Assembly (NCBI GenBank): GCA_951406725.2
Contig: OX597815.1
Location: 63,426,001 to 63,490,000, forward strand
DNA from: Octopus vulgaris
Lineage: Eukaryota
Direction of reading: 5' to 3'
DNA: 64,000 bases
In this document: positions 13,670 through 29,827 of the stretch, piece by piece
Layout: every line of letters begins with the position of its first letter
Position numbering within the stretch: the first letter of the stretch is position 1
The notes under the pieces: generated by a model
The model's database searches: none
What the model was told of the DNA's origin: nothing
What the model saw: only the letters and a program-made list of their open reading frames with translations
Program-made: the position numbers and the translations under genes

Positions 13670-14372
13670 ACTCTGTAACTCTTCTGAACGGTTCCCTTGT
13701 TTAAGATGGTGAATGCTACCATGATCCTTGCCTTTAGTTCATCTTTGGTGTTACAAGTAGTTTTGTTGGTCTCTCGTTCAACACCGCTCCACACATAATA
13801 ATGAAGGTGGTTGAAGTCTGGAGAGTTAGGTGGTCAGATGTTAGGGGTGGTGTGGCCGCAGAAATTGTCTGACAGCCATGACTGAGTTTTCCTGCTTGTG
13901 TGGCATAGTGCAGAACCCTGTTGCTAGACATATGGTCTTCTAGCAGTCACCCTCTTGACCCAGGGCGGCACTACCTCCTCCAGACACTTGATGTAGGCCT
14001 AGTGCTGAGTCCGAGGGCGAGTGAGATGAATGGAGGCATAACGTTGTCATCACTAGTGATCACTCCAAACACCATGATGTTGACTGGATGTTTTAATTTT
14101 TATCACTCTCGGTACAGGTCTTCAGATTGCACTGACCTTAGATTGACACCCAAACGCTGAAATGTTCGTATTGGGGCTTCTGGCGCGAATGCCATGAATT
14201 ACAGCATGCTGCTTCCAAATTTCTGTCAGAGTGAAGTACGTCTTGGTGTAGTATTTATCATAGATTGCTCCTAACTGAACATACTATACTGTGTAGTTAA
14301 CAAAATAAAAAACAATGCGCATGTGCGAAATTAAAAATATAAATTGGCAACAATTTACCCATCTCACCCTTA
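13670..14372 (-). mobile_element. Tc1/mariner (maT/DD37D-like) deletion derivative, degenerate
   Basis: Minus strand encodes WSGVERETNKTTCNTKDELKARI; colinear with 34183-35072; end agggtgagatgggtaaattgt. Confidence 0.8.
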
Positions 14373-14793
14373 CTGTCTTTATCGTTATTTGTACTGTTTT
14401 TTCTTCATTTGTATTGCTTTTACGTCCTGTTCTTGTCACTTTTTTTATTACCCCTCCGCAAAAATTTTTATTTAATTCATTTTGCGGGAAGGACTGTTTC
14501 GGTGTGGTCGTGTTCTGCTCTTACCTTCGAAACACGCATTGAGTCGAAACAGGGGAAGCTGAAGAAGGGAAATGCTCTTTGTGTTGTTTGTCTTGCACTC
14601 TGTTTTTTCGTTGTTAAAAAAAGTCCGTTTCCTTGCTTGTGTTTTTTGTTTTCGTTTCTCGTTGTGTTCTACGTTTATTTATGGTGTCCTGTACTCATAT
14701 ATGCATGTATATATACATATAGATGTAGGTATATACATATATGTATGTATGTATGCATATGTTTTATTTATTAAATTGTTATTATATATATAA

Positions 14794-15024
14794 ATAAATA
14801 CAGTGTACTTTTAAACACCTAAGAGGTATCCGTCATAGGATTCCTTACACGCCAGAAGGATCAGCTAAAGTCCAAACCTGTTCCTTCTAGGGTGCAAGGA
14901 ATCCTATGACGGATACCTCTTAGGTGTTTAAAAGTACACTGTATTTATATGAATAATATATAGTCTATTGACTACATGCTAGGACACAGGTAGTAAAAAA
15001 ATTTCTAAAATCCATATTACCCTG

Positions 15025-15025
<1 letters not shown>
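14794..15025 (+). mobile_element. Fold-back hairpin element, family H1 (palindrome 14794-14948 plus tail)
   Basis: ~53-bp perfect arms ataaatacagtgtac...ggattcctt / aaggaatcc...gtacactgtatttat; tail tagtctattgacta...taccctg. Confidence 0.9.
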
Positions 15026-17290
<2,265 letters not shown>

Positions 17291-17467
17291 CGTCTGTGGA
17301 ATTGTTCAGCCTGACACACCAATTCCATTGTAAAATCAAACGAATTCTCTTCGATGAATGATGGCACTTAACATACTTACCATTCTGTCGGTCGTCCAAT
17401 TAATCTGGACTATTCTGTTGCAATAAACTTCTGACGTTTTCACAGAGCCAGACACACACACATGCTC

Positions 17468-17581
<114 letters not shown>

Positions 17582-17681
17582 GCGTGTATATATGTATATA
17601 TTTATATCATCATCATCATCATCATCATTTAGCGTCCGTTGATGATGATATAAATATATACATATATACATATATATATAT

Positions 17682-20182
17682 ATGAACCTCATCAACACCC
17701 TGTACATGGAGCAAGTAATACTCCAACCAACCAGGACAGGTAACACACTGGATCTCTGCTTCACAAATAATATGGATCTCATCCATAATGTGAAAGTGAC
17801 ACCGACACTACTCTCGGATCACAACATGGTAGAGCTGACCATGTACGGGCCAAAGGAAAGCATGGACATGCAGCCTACAATAAACTTTCAGAATCTTTCC
17901 AGCTTGAACTTCCATAAGGCAAACTGGAAACAAATTGAGAAAGAGATCCTCAAACAAAACTGGCCTGAATGTCTCTCCTCGCCAGACATCGACGTGAAAC
18001 TTCAAAAATTCATGTCTGTAATGCAAGCCATATGCTACAAATGTGTCCCAGAGAGAAAGGCCACTGTACACAAGAACAAAATCCCCAGAGAGAGGAAAAT
18101 TTTAATGAGACGGCGTACAAAAATTTCAAATCGCCTAAACAAACAAATTGAAAGCAGTGAAAAGTCCCGCCTGAAAATAAAACTGTTGGAGATTGAAAAA
18201 TGTCTACAACTCTCCCATGAAAAGAAAAGAGCAGACAAAGAAGCCTGGGCTATAGACAACATAAAATCTAACCCCAGAGCTTTCTACAGGTATGCCAAAG
18301 AAACAGCTACGGTGCACTGTAGGATAGGACCACTCCTTGAAAAGGATGGCACACTCACAGGAAATCCAATGAGGGTAAGTGAAATACTGAATGAGCATTT
18401 CAAGAGTGTTTTCACACCACCCCTTGGGCATTTCCAAATCACCAATCCAACTGACTTCTTTACCACTGCAGATATAAAATCAGAGGCAGCGACGATAGAT
18501 TACATCGATATAAAGGAAGACGATGTAATAAAGGCTATAGTTGAAATGAAAACAGACTCAGCTACTGGCCCCGATGAATTCCCGGCAATCCTCCTAAAAG
18601 TATGTAAGAGAGTCCTAGCAAGACCACTGCAGTTCCTCTTTCAGAGCTTCCTTGCAACTGGCAAACTTCCAAGAAAACTGAAGGAAGGTAAAATATGCCC
18701 TATTCATAAAGGAGGTAGCAGAGCGGAGGCCAAGAACTACAGACTTATCTCTCTGACCTCACACATCAGCAAGATCATGGAACGAATAGTCAGAATGAAA
18801 CTGATCACCTTCCTTGAAGAAAATGACTTGCTTCCTGACACCCAGCATGGTTTCCTACCAGGAAGAAGCTGCTTAACTCAGCTCCTACAACACTACGACT
18901 GGGTGCTGAAACGACTGCTCAACCACTCAAATGTGGAAGTGATATATCTCGACTTTGCAAAGGCCTTTGATAAAGTCGATCATGGAATGATATGTCACAA
19001 ACTGCGTGAACTTAGCACAGTTGGAAAACTGGGAGAATGGCTTCATGACTTTCTGAAAGATAGAAGTCAGGTGGTAGTAGCCATAAACACGCAAATAGTG
19101 AGCGGTGTTCCGCAGGGCACTGTTTTGGGACCACTACTGTTCATAATGGCCCTCTCAGACATGCCCTCAGCCACGCAGAGAGCAACGATCACAAGTTATG
19201 CAGATGATACAAAAGTTTCACAGGCAATACAGAACCCTGTGGACACTAAACGCCTGCAATGTGAGCTGGACAAAATATACAAGTGGGCTGAAAAGAATAG
19301 CATGCAGTTCAATGCTGAAAAGTTTCAAGCTTTATGCTATCAGCATAAATACCCAATGAATACACTGAACTCGGAGGAATTGCAATCCCAGAGGCACAAT
19401 CAGTGCGTGACCTGGGTATTTACATGAGTGATGACGCAACCTTTCGTGTACATGTTGCTAAATTGGCAATGGAATGTAGACGACTGACCGGATGGATTCT
19501 TAGAACCTTTAGAACAAGAGAACAAGAAACCATGATGGTCCTCTGGAGGACACTTGTCCTAAGCCACTTTGACTATTGCTCTCAGCTATGGTCACCATCC
19601 AGTGTCAAGTTGATCACAGATACTTGAGGCGATCCAACGTAGCTACACGAAGAAGATAGCTTCTGTGCAGAATATAAGCTACTGGGAAAGACTCAAGAGA
19701 TTAAAACTCTATTCCCTAGGAGCGTAGGCGAGAAAGATATGCCATAATATACATCTGGAAGATCCTGGAAGGACTTGTCCCAAACTTCGGCATCGAGAGT
19801 TACACAAATGCCAGAACTGGGCGCCACTGCGTGGTGCCAAGGACTCCAAATTTGCCATCAAGATGTAGGACAAGATACTGTGATAGCCTGGGCTTCCGAG
19901 GCCCACAGCTCTTCAATATCCTCCCGAAGATAGAACCTAAGAGACCTGCATGGGGTGGATGCAGATGTCTTTAAAATGAAACTGGATCTCTTCTTGTCAG
20001 GTATCCCAGATAAACCAACTTCACGGCGGGAGGTGCAGATGAGGACAGCTGCATCGAACTCTCTCATGCACCAAATGGCAGTTGCTAAAAAGCATTCGTG
20101 AAGTAAAACCATGTAGCAACACCAAATGGTGGTGCCCCAGCATGGCCACAGCTCCTGAGCTGAAACTAGAATCAATCAATCA

Positions 20183-20186
<4 letters not shown>
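17682..20186 (+). mobile_element. 5'-truncated CR1/L2-group LINE (APE C-terminus + RT), frameshifted, (AATC)n tail
   Basis: PTRTGNTLDL..SDH; GPD; NYRLISLTS; QHGF; YLDFAKAFDKV; GVPQGTVLGP; YADD; frameshift near 19345, then RDLGIYM...YCSQLWSP; ends gaatcaatcaatcaatc. Confidence 0.92.
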
Positions 20187-20263
<77 letters not shown>

Positions 20264-20266
20264 TCT

Positions 20267-20633
20267 TAGGGTAGCAAGAATATTCATAGAAAAATTCTTA
20301 GTTACCAGTGGTCTAGCGAGAAAGAAAAAATTAGTCAATAGACTATATATTATTCAAAGAAGAATACAGTGTACGTTCAAACACAAAAGAGATACCCGAA
20401 GAATAGGTATCTGTCTCGCTAGAAAGAGCAGTTAAAACTCCAAGCCACCAATTGTTGTAATTCCGAAAGTGATTGGAAGATAAAACTTTTACCTTAATCC
20501 ATAGGATTTAGGTAAAAGTTTTTATTTTCCAATCACTTTCAGAATACAATAATTGGTGGCTGAGTTTTAACTGCTCTTTCTAGCGAGTCAGATATCCTAT
20601 CCTTCTAGTATCTCTTTTGTGTTTGAATGTACA

Positions 20634-20639
<6 letters not shown>
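20267..20639 (-). mobile_element. Fold-back hairpin element, family H1 (palindrome 20364-20639, 3-nt loop; tail 20267-20363)
   Basis: ~137-bp arms centred on aatcc-ata-ggatt; tail agggta...tagtcaatagactatatattattc is the reverse complement of the tail at 14950-15023. Confidence 0.9.
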
Positions 20640-20678
<39 letters not shown>

Positions 20679-20736
20679 TATATACATATACACCTGCATA
20701 TATGCATGCATAAATATATATATATATGCATTACAC

Positions 20737-21625
20737 GTACACATCTTTTTTGCCTGCCTTTCTCTTGTCCGCCTTGTATCGTCAATCTGTCCGAATGTTT
20801 TATTGTACTCTATTGCGTTTTTGTTCCATTTTTGTACTTATATGCACACATAGCGGCGTACGTACACAGTTGTGCTCACCTTATAGTAGGTATGTATCTA
20901 AATTTTGTACGGATCTTACTCTATCATTTATTCCACACCTCTTACTTTCTTCCCTTTTCCTTTTTCTCGCTCCCCTCTCTTTCTCTCTCACACATTTCTT
21001 GGCCCTCTCTTTAACTCCCACTATTTCCCACCGGTTTATCTCCCTTGTACCTTTCTCTTTGTCTCTGATATTTTTCTAATCCTTCAATCTCGTTGTCCCC
21101 TACCCATCTCAGCTCCTTCCACATGATCGGTGTCCGGCCAGATCCCGGCTGGCCGGACACCGACCTGATCTGGCCTGACTGCTGACTGTCAACACCTCTT
21201 GTGTCCATCTCCCATGTTCCTGCCTTTAGGCTTTCACCTCATACACGCCTGCTCAATTTGATTCGTTCTCAGTCGAAAGACGCTTGTTATTTTCTTCTTG
21301 TTTGTATTTGTAATTCGTACCATGTTCTCCATTTTTTGTTTGATTGTTTTGTTTTTTTTGCCTTTGTTGCCGTACACATTCGCTAGCTTTCTTACAAAGG
21401 GGTCTAATGCCCTTAGCGTAGACTTTTTGGTAGGCAACCAGATCGAACCGTCGTAAGTGTAACTGCCCGAAACTCGTCACTTCTGGGACATGACTGAGAA
21501 AAGAAGGCCACGAATGACCCGTCTTTTTTCTACCTTGTCCTAATTGTTGTTTCTCTTGTCCGCCTTGTATCGTCTATCTGTTCGAATGTTTTATTGTCCT
21601 CTATTGCGTTTTTGCTCCATTTATA
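20737..21625 (+). mobile_element. Element bounded by ~75-bp direct repeats (pseudo-LTR-like), (TA)n-flanked, probably Penelope-derived
   Basis: tttctcttgtccgccttgtatcgtc...ctattgcgtttttg at ~20759-20832 and ~21550-21622; related to 33820-34060. Confidence 0.65.
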
Positions 21626-21964
21626 TATATATATATAGGCATGCCGAACAAAATCTTAGGAGTGAATCTAGTAGACGGAAGCTGTAACAAGCCCGTCGTA
21701 CTTAACTGTGTGTGTACCCGTCTTGTATAAATGTGTGTGTGTTGTGTGTGTGAATAAGTGTGTGTATCTTTCTGTATATGTTTGCCCACCATCACCACTT
21801 GACAACCGGTGTTGGTGTTGTTACGTCCCCGTAAACTAGCACTTCGACAAAAGTAACCAAAGGAATAAGTACTAGTCTTAAAAAATACATTCTGGGGGCG
21901 ATTCATTTGATTAAAAATCTTCAAAACGGTGTCTTAATAATATTCGTTTCTTTCTCTCTTTTTC

Positions 21965-22340
21965 ATCTTTTATACTTGTTTCAATCATAGCAGCACCGCC
22001 TAGAAACAATTTTTCAGTCAAATGAATCGATGCCGAACTTACTTTTTTCTTAAGCCTGGTACTTATTTTATCGATGGCTTTTTCTGCACTACTATGTTAC
22101 GTAGGCACAAACACAGCAGAACCAGTCAAATGGTGCCAGGGGACATGTTCAGACACAAAGGCACACGCGCGCGCGCATACACATATACAACGGGCTTCTT
22201 TCAGTTTTTGTCTACCAAATTCACTCACAAGGCTTTGGTCGGCTCGAGACTATAGTAGAAAGCACTTGACCAGTGGGACAGAACCTGGGACCATGTGGTA
22301 GGTAAGTACTCTTTTTACCACACAGCCATAACGGCACCTA
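21965..22340 (-). mobile_element. SINE family B
   Basis: acgggcttctttcagttt...ttaccacacagcca..cggcaccta. Confidence 0.8.
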
Positions 22341-23236
22341 ATAACAATGAAAAATATTGCATGAAAACGTTAACAATTACTATAGTGAATATGCTATTAA
22401 TCCTATAGTCATTATCATCATCATCATCTTCATCATTTTCATCATCATCTTCATCATTTTCATCATCATCAGCAGCAACAGCAGCAGCAGTAGCAGCGGC
22501 AGTAACACCTACATTGGCAGCAGCAATGACATGAAAAATATCAGCGAAGACATTGTCATCTTTATACTCAATAACATAACTCATATACTCATAACCGATC
22601 ACGGTAACAATACCGACACCATCACCGCCTCCAACCACCACTACCAACAACAACACTACCACTACCACGACAACTACCATCGCCATCACCACCACCACCA
22701 CAACCACCAACCACCACCACCACCACCACCACTACCATCGTCATTGTCAGCAGCAGCAACAACAACGGCAACTACAACAAAGGCGATAACGATGATGATG
22801 AGAATACGCACAATACACTAACAAAAAAATAACATGGGTACCAGAAACATTAACAGGAATAACAAGAATAATAGCCGTAACAACAACAACAATAAATCTA
22901 ACAACAATGACAAAACCAATAATAATAATTACAACAGCAATGATACCAACAATGACAACAGCAAAAGCAATAATAACAATATATTAACTAATTCAACATT
23001 AACAACAAAAAGTGTTAAAATTGCTGAGCGGAAGAAAACAATTTGTTTTTCTCTGGTAAAGTTTTCTCTGAGAAAGATAGAGGAAGGGGGATGTGGTAAG
23101 AGTTGTGGGGGGACAAATAGAGTTGTGTAGGAAGCAAGGTAGGTGGCGACAGAGGTTGGAGGGGAAATAAAGAGAAAAGAAAATTAGGAAAAAGACGTAC
23201 ACACACATACACACACACGCACACACACACATGGAC

Positions 23237-23391
23237 GGAGGCGTGGCTGTGTGGTAAGAAGCTTGTTTCAAAACTACATGGTTCCAGGTTGAGTTCTACA
23301 ATGGGTAAGTGCCTTTTACTTTTGTCCCGGGCCACCCAAACTCTTTTGAGTGGATTTGGCAGGCTGAAACTGAAAACTGAAAGAAACCCAT

Positions 23392-23395
<4 letters not shown>
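23237..23395 (+). mobile_element. SINE family B, 5' half
   Basis: ggaggcgtggctgtgtggtaagaagcttg...actgaaagaaaccc. Confidence 0.8.
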
Positions 23396-23435
<40 letters not shown>

Positions 23436-23521
23436 GGCAAAGCTAAGATCAAAGAATCAAGGTGTAGGAAGTTAGTAAGCTTCGAGCTGGCAATGTAACT
23501 TCGTTTGACTAACATATTTTT

Positions 23522-23603
23522 GGGCCGACGAGTAGCTAGCAGATAACCCCTCATTTGGACATACTGCTTCCGAGATTTTGCTAGTTATGAAACACATGTA
23601 GCC
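23522..23603 (+). ncRNA. Type I hammerhead-like motif with long stem II
   Basis: ggc-CGACGA-gtagctagcaga...tttgctagttat-GAAA-cacat-GTA-gcc; 12-bp stem II; core lacks one nucleotide. Confidence 0.6.
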
Positions 23604-24055
23604 GGGACGTTATCTACTCCATTCCCTAATTTTGAACATATATATATATATGGTAGTCCAAACGGTCTAATAGACATAGACCCAAAGGTCAAATTACTCT
23701 CTCTCTCTCTCTCTTTCTTCCACTCTCTACTATCTAGCTTTCGTTCCTTCTCCTTTTTCCTAACTCCCTTTGTTTCTTTCCCTTGACCCCTTCCCCTCTG
23801 CTTGATTGCTCATACGTGACTACAGGCCATTTCTCTCACCTCTAGCTTTTCTAGACGTAATTTCTCTCGCCTCCCGACATTTTTTCTCTTCTACTATTTT
23901 CTTTTCTTCTATTTATTCTATATCCTTTCAAGATCTCTCCCAGGCATTACTCATTACAATGCGTCTTGACCTAACGACCTTAACGTCCACTCTGTTGCTG
24001 CTTGTTCGTTCGAAACCCTAACTCTCCGCAAGTTTTATATTTTAAAATGTTCTGG

Positions 24056-24312
24056 CTGCCTCTGAACAGGTATCATCAAGCTCTTCACGGAATTTTATGC
24101 AGATACTCAGCTCAGCTTTCTCTGTCATGGTCAATGCGACGATAACACGCTACACACCTTCTTTCCAAGCACTGCTGTAAATAACTCTGCCTCTGAACAA
24201 GTATCATCAAGCTCTTCACGGAATTTTATGCAGATACTCAGCTCAGCTTTCTCTGTCATGGTCAATGCGACGATAACACGCTACACACCTTCTTTTCAAG
24301 CACTGCTGTAAA
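24056..24312. repeat. Near-perfect tandem duplication, period 131 bp
   Basis: ctgcctctgaaca...aagcactgctgtaaa at 24056-24181 and 24187-24312. Confidence 0.95.
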
Positions 24313-24559
24313 CAGCAGAAGTGAGCTGGAACGTTAAAACTTGGTGTGCATGCACAGCAGAGTTCAAAGTCAATATGTGCCAAGCGGCTTTACTCTCCGC
24401 GCTTTAGTAGTATGGTAACAGTCCGTATACTTATTGATCAGACCATACACACACACACACATATATATATATATGTATGTATATGTATGTATGTCTATAC
24501 ATATACACATATATATATGTGTATATATATATATACATATATATATACATATATAGGCT

Positions 24560-24624
<65 letters not shown>

Positions 24625-24853
24625 GCTTTGCGGGAGCAACTGTTTTGTCGAAAGAGCATATTGTTGTTAAATGCACGAAATACGAGACTAGAGAAACAGC
24701 CAACAACAGATGAAGGGTCGTACTTTATGTTTGTTTTGTTTCCTACGTGTGTTTTTCGCTGTTCGAAAGAATAGTTCATGTTCCATATACTCATGTTGCG
24801 TAGTTTTTTTGGTGTACACGTTTCATGAAGTCCTGTGCCCACATATATATATA

Positions 24854-24930
<77 letters not shown>

Positions 24931-25609
24931 TACTCATATTATAAATAACATACATACATGCATATGTATGTTTGTGTGTCTTTCTGTATGTGTCTATCCC
25001 TCACCACTGCTTAACATCAGGTATTGGTTTGTTTACGTCCTCGTAATGTAGCACTTTAGCGAGAGAGACCGATAGAATAACAGTCTTTAAATATTTGTCC
25101 TGGGGTTGATTTGTTCGACTTAAACACTTCAAGGTTTTGCTGCCAGCATGGCCAAAGTCGAATGACTCAAACAAGGAAAAAATAAAGGATAAATACAAAA
25201 TAAAAGATAAAAAAATAAATTCAAAAATGACAATTGGGCATATTCTTTTAGGATTGTATCAATTGCAGTCCGAGTTCTACAGCCATGCTGGAACCGCATT
25301 TCCACAGATGTTAACTGTTGGTGAATGAACTTTAAACTCAGCCACATATATGTATGTTTTTTGTGAATGTATGTATACGCACAGAAAGCAGAGATAGACA
25401 CATAGAATGAGTGATAAAAATATAGAAGTAAAGAAGAAAGGGTGGTACTTAGCCAAAACTCAAATAGCGAGAGAAAGAGCAGCAGAGTGATTCTCTAAAG
25501 ATTCTCTGCATTTTTTTTATTGTCGAGATGAAGATACACTATATCTATGCACTCATAAACATGACACACGTTTGAACAAATTGTTTTTGCTGAGAAATTT
25601 GAAAACAAC

Positions 25610-26759
25610 CGGAGACACCACAATATCTTAGATAGCTGACATGCTTTTTACATTGCATGTCAGGAAATTTAAAGCAACGGGCATAATTGGACTGAACCAC
25701 AAAGAATTAGATGTACCCGTAAGAACATTTCTTGTGTAATCAACATGGTAGTTATTCCAACTGAAATATGAAACAGAATTTGAAAGATAATACAAAATAA
25801 TAACAATAATAATAACCAAGTGGGGAAATAATGAAAGTAATACAATTTCAGTAGTTCGGTATGGCGCAGGGATCCTGAAGTGGAAATAGAAGAAGCTAAA
25901 GGAGATAGATAAGAAATCAAGAAAGCTCCTATCGATGCATGGAGCCCACCGTCCACATGCAGACACTGATGACCTATACATGAAGAGAGCAAAGGGAGGA
26001 AGGGTACTGATAAGTGTGAAAGACTATGTGCATATCGAACTCAAGAGTTGTCAACCTGAGGAATGAGCAAGTGTTTCCGCTGTACCGCATCTGCAATAGA
26101 GTGGATGAAACCATTGCCCATATCACGAATGAATGCCTTAAACTTTCCCCAAACCACTACAAGTTGGGGTGATACGACCAAGTAGCGAAACTACCACATT
26201 AGAAACTGTGCGAAAAGTGGGGGATAGAGAGAGGTAAGACGTGGTATGAGCACAAACCGCAGAGAGTGGCAGAATTGGAAACTAGCAAAATCCTCAGGAA
26301 TTTCCCAATCCAAACAGATCAGATGTTAGAGCATAACAGACCAGACCCAGTGGTGGTGGACAAGGTGCACCACATATGCTATATAGCTGATGTTGCATGA
26401 CCCTTTCACCCACGAATAGTCAAGAAGGAAAGTTAAAATATAGATACAACTCTCTTAAGTATGAAATAGCCCAGCTATGGAAAATTAAGAAGGCGAAGGT
26501 AGTGCCAATTATTGTTGGGTCCTTGGGAACAGTATCAGAAAGCATCAACTGGAATATCAAGGAAATTGTAAAAGACTGCCCAGTAGAACTGATACGAAAG
26601 ATTTGCGTCCTTGGCATGGCTAGAATAATCAAGAAAGTATTAGATAGCTGAAAAGAACGATAGCATGGTAACGTAGGCTGCAGGTAGCATGTTCGCTACG
26701 CATGCAAGACTCCAGGAGTTCCAACATAACCTGTGATTAAAGAGATGATGAAAATAATG

Positions 26760-26760
<1 letters not shown>
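25610..26760 (+). mobile_element. Degenerate R4/Dong-type LINE ending in (TAA)n
   Basis: LYMKRAKGGRVLISV; CFRCT..DETIAHITNEC; WYEHKPQRV; QTDQMLEHNRPD; VVPIIVGSLG...LGMARIIKKVL; many stops and frameshifts. Confidence 0.85.
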
Positions 26761-26829
<69 letters not shown>

Positions 26830-26834
<5 letters not shown>

Positions 26835-27389
26835 GCCCTGATGCAGTACCAGGCAGTGGCTCTCATAGCTTCTGATCTTAACTGATTGGAAGTGTTATCA
26901 TGTACATTGTTTTGTCTTGGTATAAAAGATGGGCTACAGCAAATATTCTGCTCAATATCACAGATTTGCTTGTCAGTTGTTTGACCTTAACCAGTTGAGC
27001 ATGTCCCTTAGTGGCTGACGATATGTGCATCTCTGATCACGAGCAGAAGTAGTGGGGGAGCATCATAGCCATGTGTTGAGAGGGATTCTTTGGGGTTTGA
27101 ATAGTTCACCTCTGGAAACATGGGGGTTCTTTCAACATCCTTAAACAACCCTTATTCAGGGACCGTTTGAGCGGGATGGGCTACTCAACCTGAAGAAAAT
27201 TCTAAATGGGCCCCACCTGCAAGGTCATGTGCTGTTTATCTTGATATGAGATCACCATGTCGCGCACATATGGTTGTGATGCATGTGCCTGGTGTACCTT
27301 TATCAGACGGGTAGTCATGATAGGTATATTGGGCTTCGTATATTTTACCCCAGTGTCACTTTGATGGCATGAACTGCTCTCTCACTCAA
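26830..27389 (+). mobile_element. ~560-bp (TAA)n-targeted non-coding element, full length
   Basis: Reverse complement of 6989-7548; (TAA)n on both sides. Confidence 0.9.
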
Positions 27390-27414
27390 TAATAATAATA
27401 ATAATAATAATAAT

Positions 27415-27809
27415 GATCTCAAATTTTTCCACAAGGGCAATAATATGGGAGGAGGGGTTAGTCGATTACATCGATCTCAGTGTTCAACTGGGACTTATTT
27501 TATCGACTCCAAAAGGATGAAAGGTAAGGTAAGCCTCGGCGAAATTTGAACACAGAACGTAGCGACAGGCGAAATACCTATTTCTTTACTACCCACAAGG
27601 ATCTCAAATTTTTCCACAAGGGCAATAATATGGGAGGAGGGGTTAGTCGATTACATCGATCTCAGTGTTCAACTGGGACTTATTTTATCAACTCCAAAAG
27701 GATGAAAGGCAAAGTCGACCTCGGCAGAATTTGAACTCAGAACGTAACGGCAGACGAAATGCGGCTACGCATTTCGCCCGGCGTGCTAACGATTCTGCCA
27801 GCTCGCCGC
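27415..27809 (-). mobile_element. SINE family A, dimeric/tandemly duplicated
   Basis: gatctcaaatttttccacaagggc...ggatgaaagg repeated at 27415 and 27600. Confidence 0.85.
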
Positions 27810-28560
27810 CATGATAATAATAATAATGATGATGATGATGAGGATGATGATGATGTTGAAATTAGTGGACAAAATAACGAAGGTATTTGTTAATCACAGA
27901 AAGGTAACAATGCTTGTATTATTCGACTCCGATAGATTGGTGAATTGTAATGATTGGTTACTTGGATAAATGGAAGATTTCGATTGTTACAGACAAAAGG
28001 AACGATTCAACAACATTATCTAAAGATCTTCCGTTAACTTTGATTAAAATTTCAAATTGCAAAACTGGAAAAGGGTTCAAGACTATATTTGACATAGTGT
28101 TTGTGATGGGAGCAACAGTGTTGGGTGTGTTATGTTAATTTATGTCAAGACATCAACAAAATTGTGGATGGTTATAGCACTGTGGGGAGAGGGGTGATAG
28201 TTGGAGATGGTAATAGTGGTAGGGGTTAGTAGTGGAAATTGGTAATAGTGCCATACTATGTATAACATATATCTGTAGTTGTACAGAATGAAGGGGAATA
28301 TATATTCATGCTCTGTTATATGAGGACATTTCTGACAGGCAGTTCAGAGGACTGACATATATTTCCTATACACACATACAAGCACATACATACATGCATA
28401 CATACACACCCACACACACTCACACATATAGCGATGTATGTATATAGATATATGTGCATATATATATGTATACAGGTATATATTTATGTACATGCACGAA
28501 TATATTTATGTACATACACACACATACATACATTCGCATATACACATATATAAATATATG

Positions 28561-28824
28561 GAAGAGATTGGAAAAAATGTTTGGTATAATTTATTCACGT
28601 GCTTCATTCGCTAATAGGTGTCACAAAACTGTACATGTCGGAAAACATGTAAGATATCTCCTATTAGAAATTTTTCGACGAAAAATCAAATAATGTTATT
28701 TTTTGATCTCTAATAGGAAATATCTTACATATTTTTCTACATGAACAATGTTTTAAACTTGTATTAGCAAAGGAAACACCTGTAATGGTAAATAAATAAT
28801 CCTAAAACCTTTCTCTAACCTCTT
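28561..28824. repeat. Old, diverged fold-back palindrome with right-hand tail to ~28980
   Basis: atgtaagatatctcctattaga vs tctaataggaaatatcttacat; outer aagagattggaaaaa vs tttctctaacctctt. Confidence 0.75.
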
Positions 28825-28986
28825 GTTTCGATATGTAATTACTCAGGAAAAAGTATTTTCCAGGATATTTCAACTCTTATACACACCTCACGCGAATATA
28901 ACATCTACGTACAACTTTGATGCAGATGTGCTCCATGCAGATGTGTTTCATGACGGCACAACCAGGATTATAACCGTATTTACGTA

Positions 28987-29114
<128 letters not shown>

Positions 29115-29128
29115 ATGTATATATAATC

Positions 29129-29174
<46 letters not shown>

Positions 29175-29238
29175 CACATGCATTCACATATATATATATA
29201 TATATGTATATTCATTAACCTATACATATATATGTACA

Positions 29239-29287
<49 letters not shown>

Positions 29288-29749
29288 GCGCGCGGGCGAA
29301 TATGTATCTATGCATGCATGTATGCATGCATGTATGTATGTATGTACGTATGTACGTACGTATGTAAGCATAAGGTGGGATCTCGTGTGGTTTATCCGCA
29401 GGGAGACAGTTCCATTGAATATCACTGTGTTAGTCGTGTTGTTAACAAGATAATTACGTTCCTTCGGCGTACTAAAATGGAGCTAGTGAGGGGAATACCA
29501 TAGTAACAGTGAAAGAAATCCGTGTTTATAACATATAATGAACTACAGTTATGCAAGGAAATCAATTGAATTAGTGGCGTTTGAGATCATACATACATAC
29601 AGACAGACAGACAGCAATCATTTGGTAGCTGAGACTGAATTATCCATCTGGATTCGTAAGATGTTCTAAAATTCGGTAGTATGTGGGATATGAATATATA
29701 CACTTAACTCATAAAAACAGAAAAATGTAATGGTATATTTTTTTTCCTA

Positions 29750-29827
29750 GCTCCGACGAGTGTCAACTTTATGATGTTTTAATTATTTTAATTAATTTCT
29801 AAAGTTTGAATCGAAACAGTTGTCAGT
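29750..29827 (+). ncRNA. Type I hammerhead-like motif with long AT-rich stem II
   Basis: gct-CCGACGA-g..tcaacttta...taaagtttga..tc-GAAA-cagtt-GTC-agt; upstream IW*LRLNYPSGF resembles a Penelope endonuclease C-terminus. Confidence 0.55.

Noticed and set aside
24056-24312. CRISPR-like or other repeat-spacer array
   Set aside because: Only two adjacent long units, no spacers; eukaryotic context
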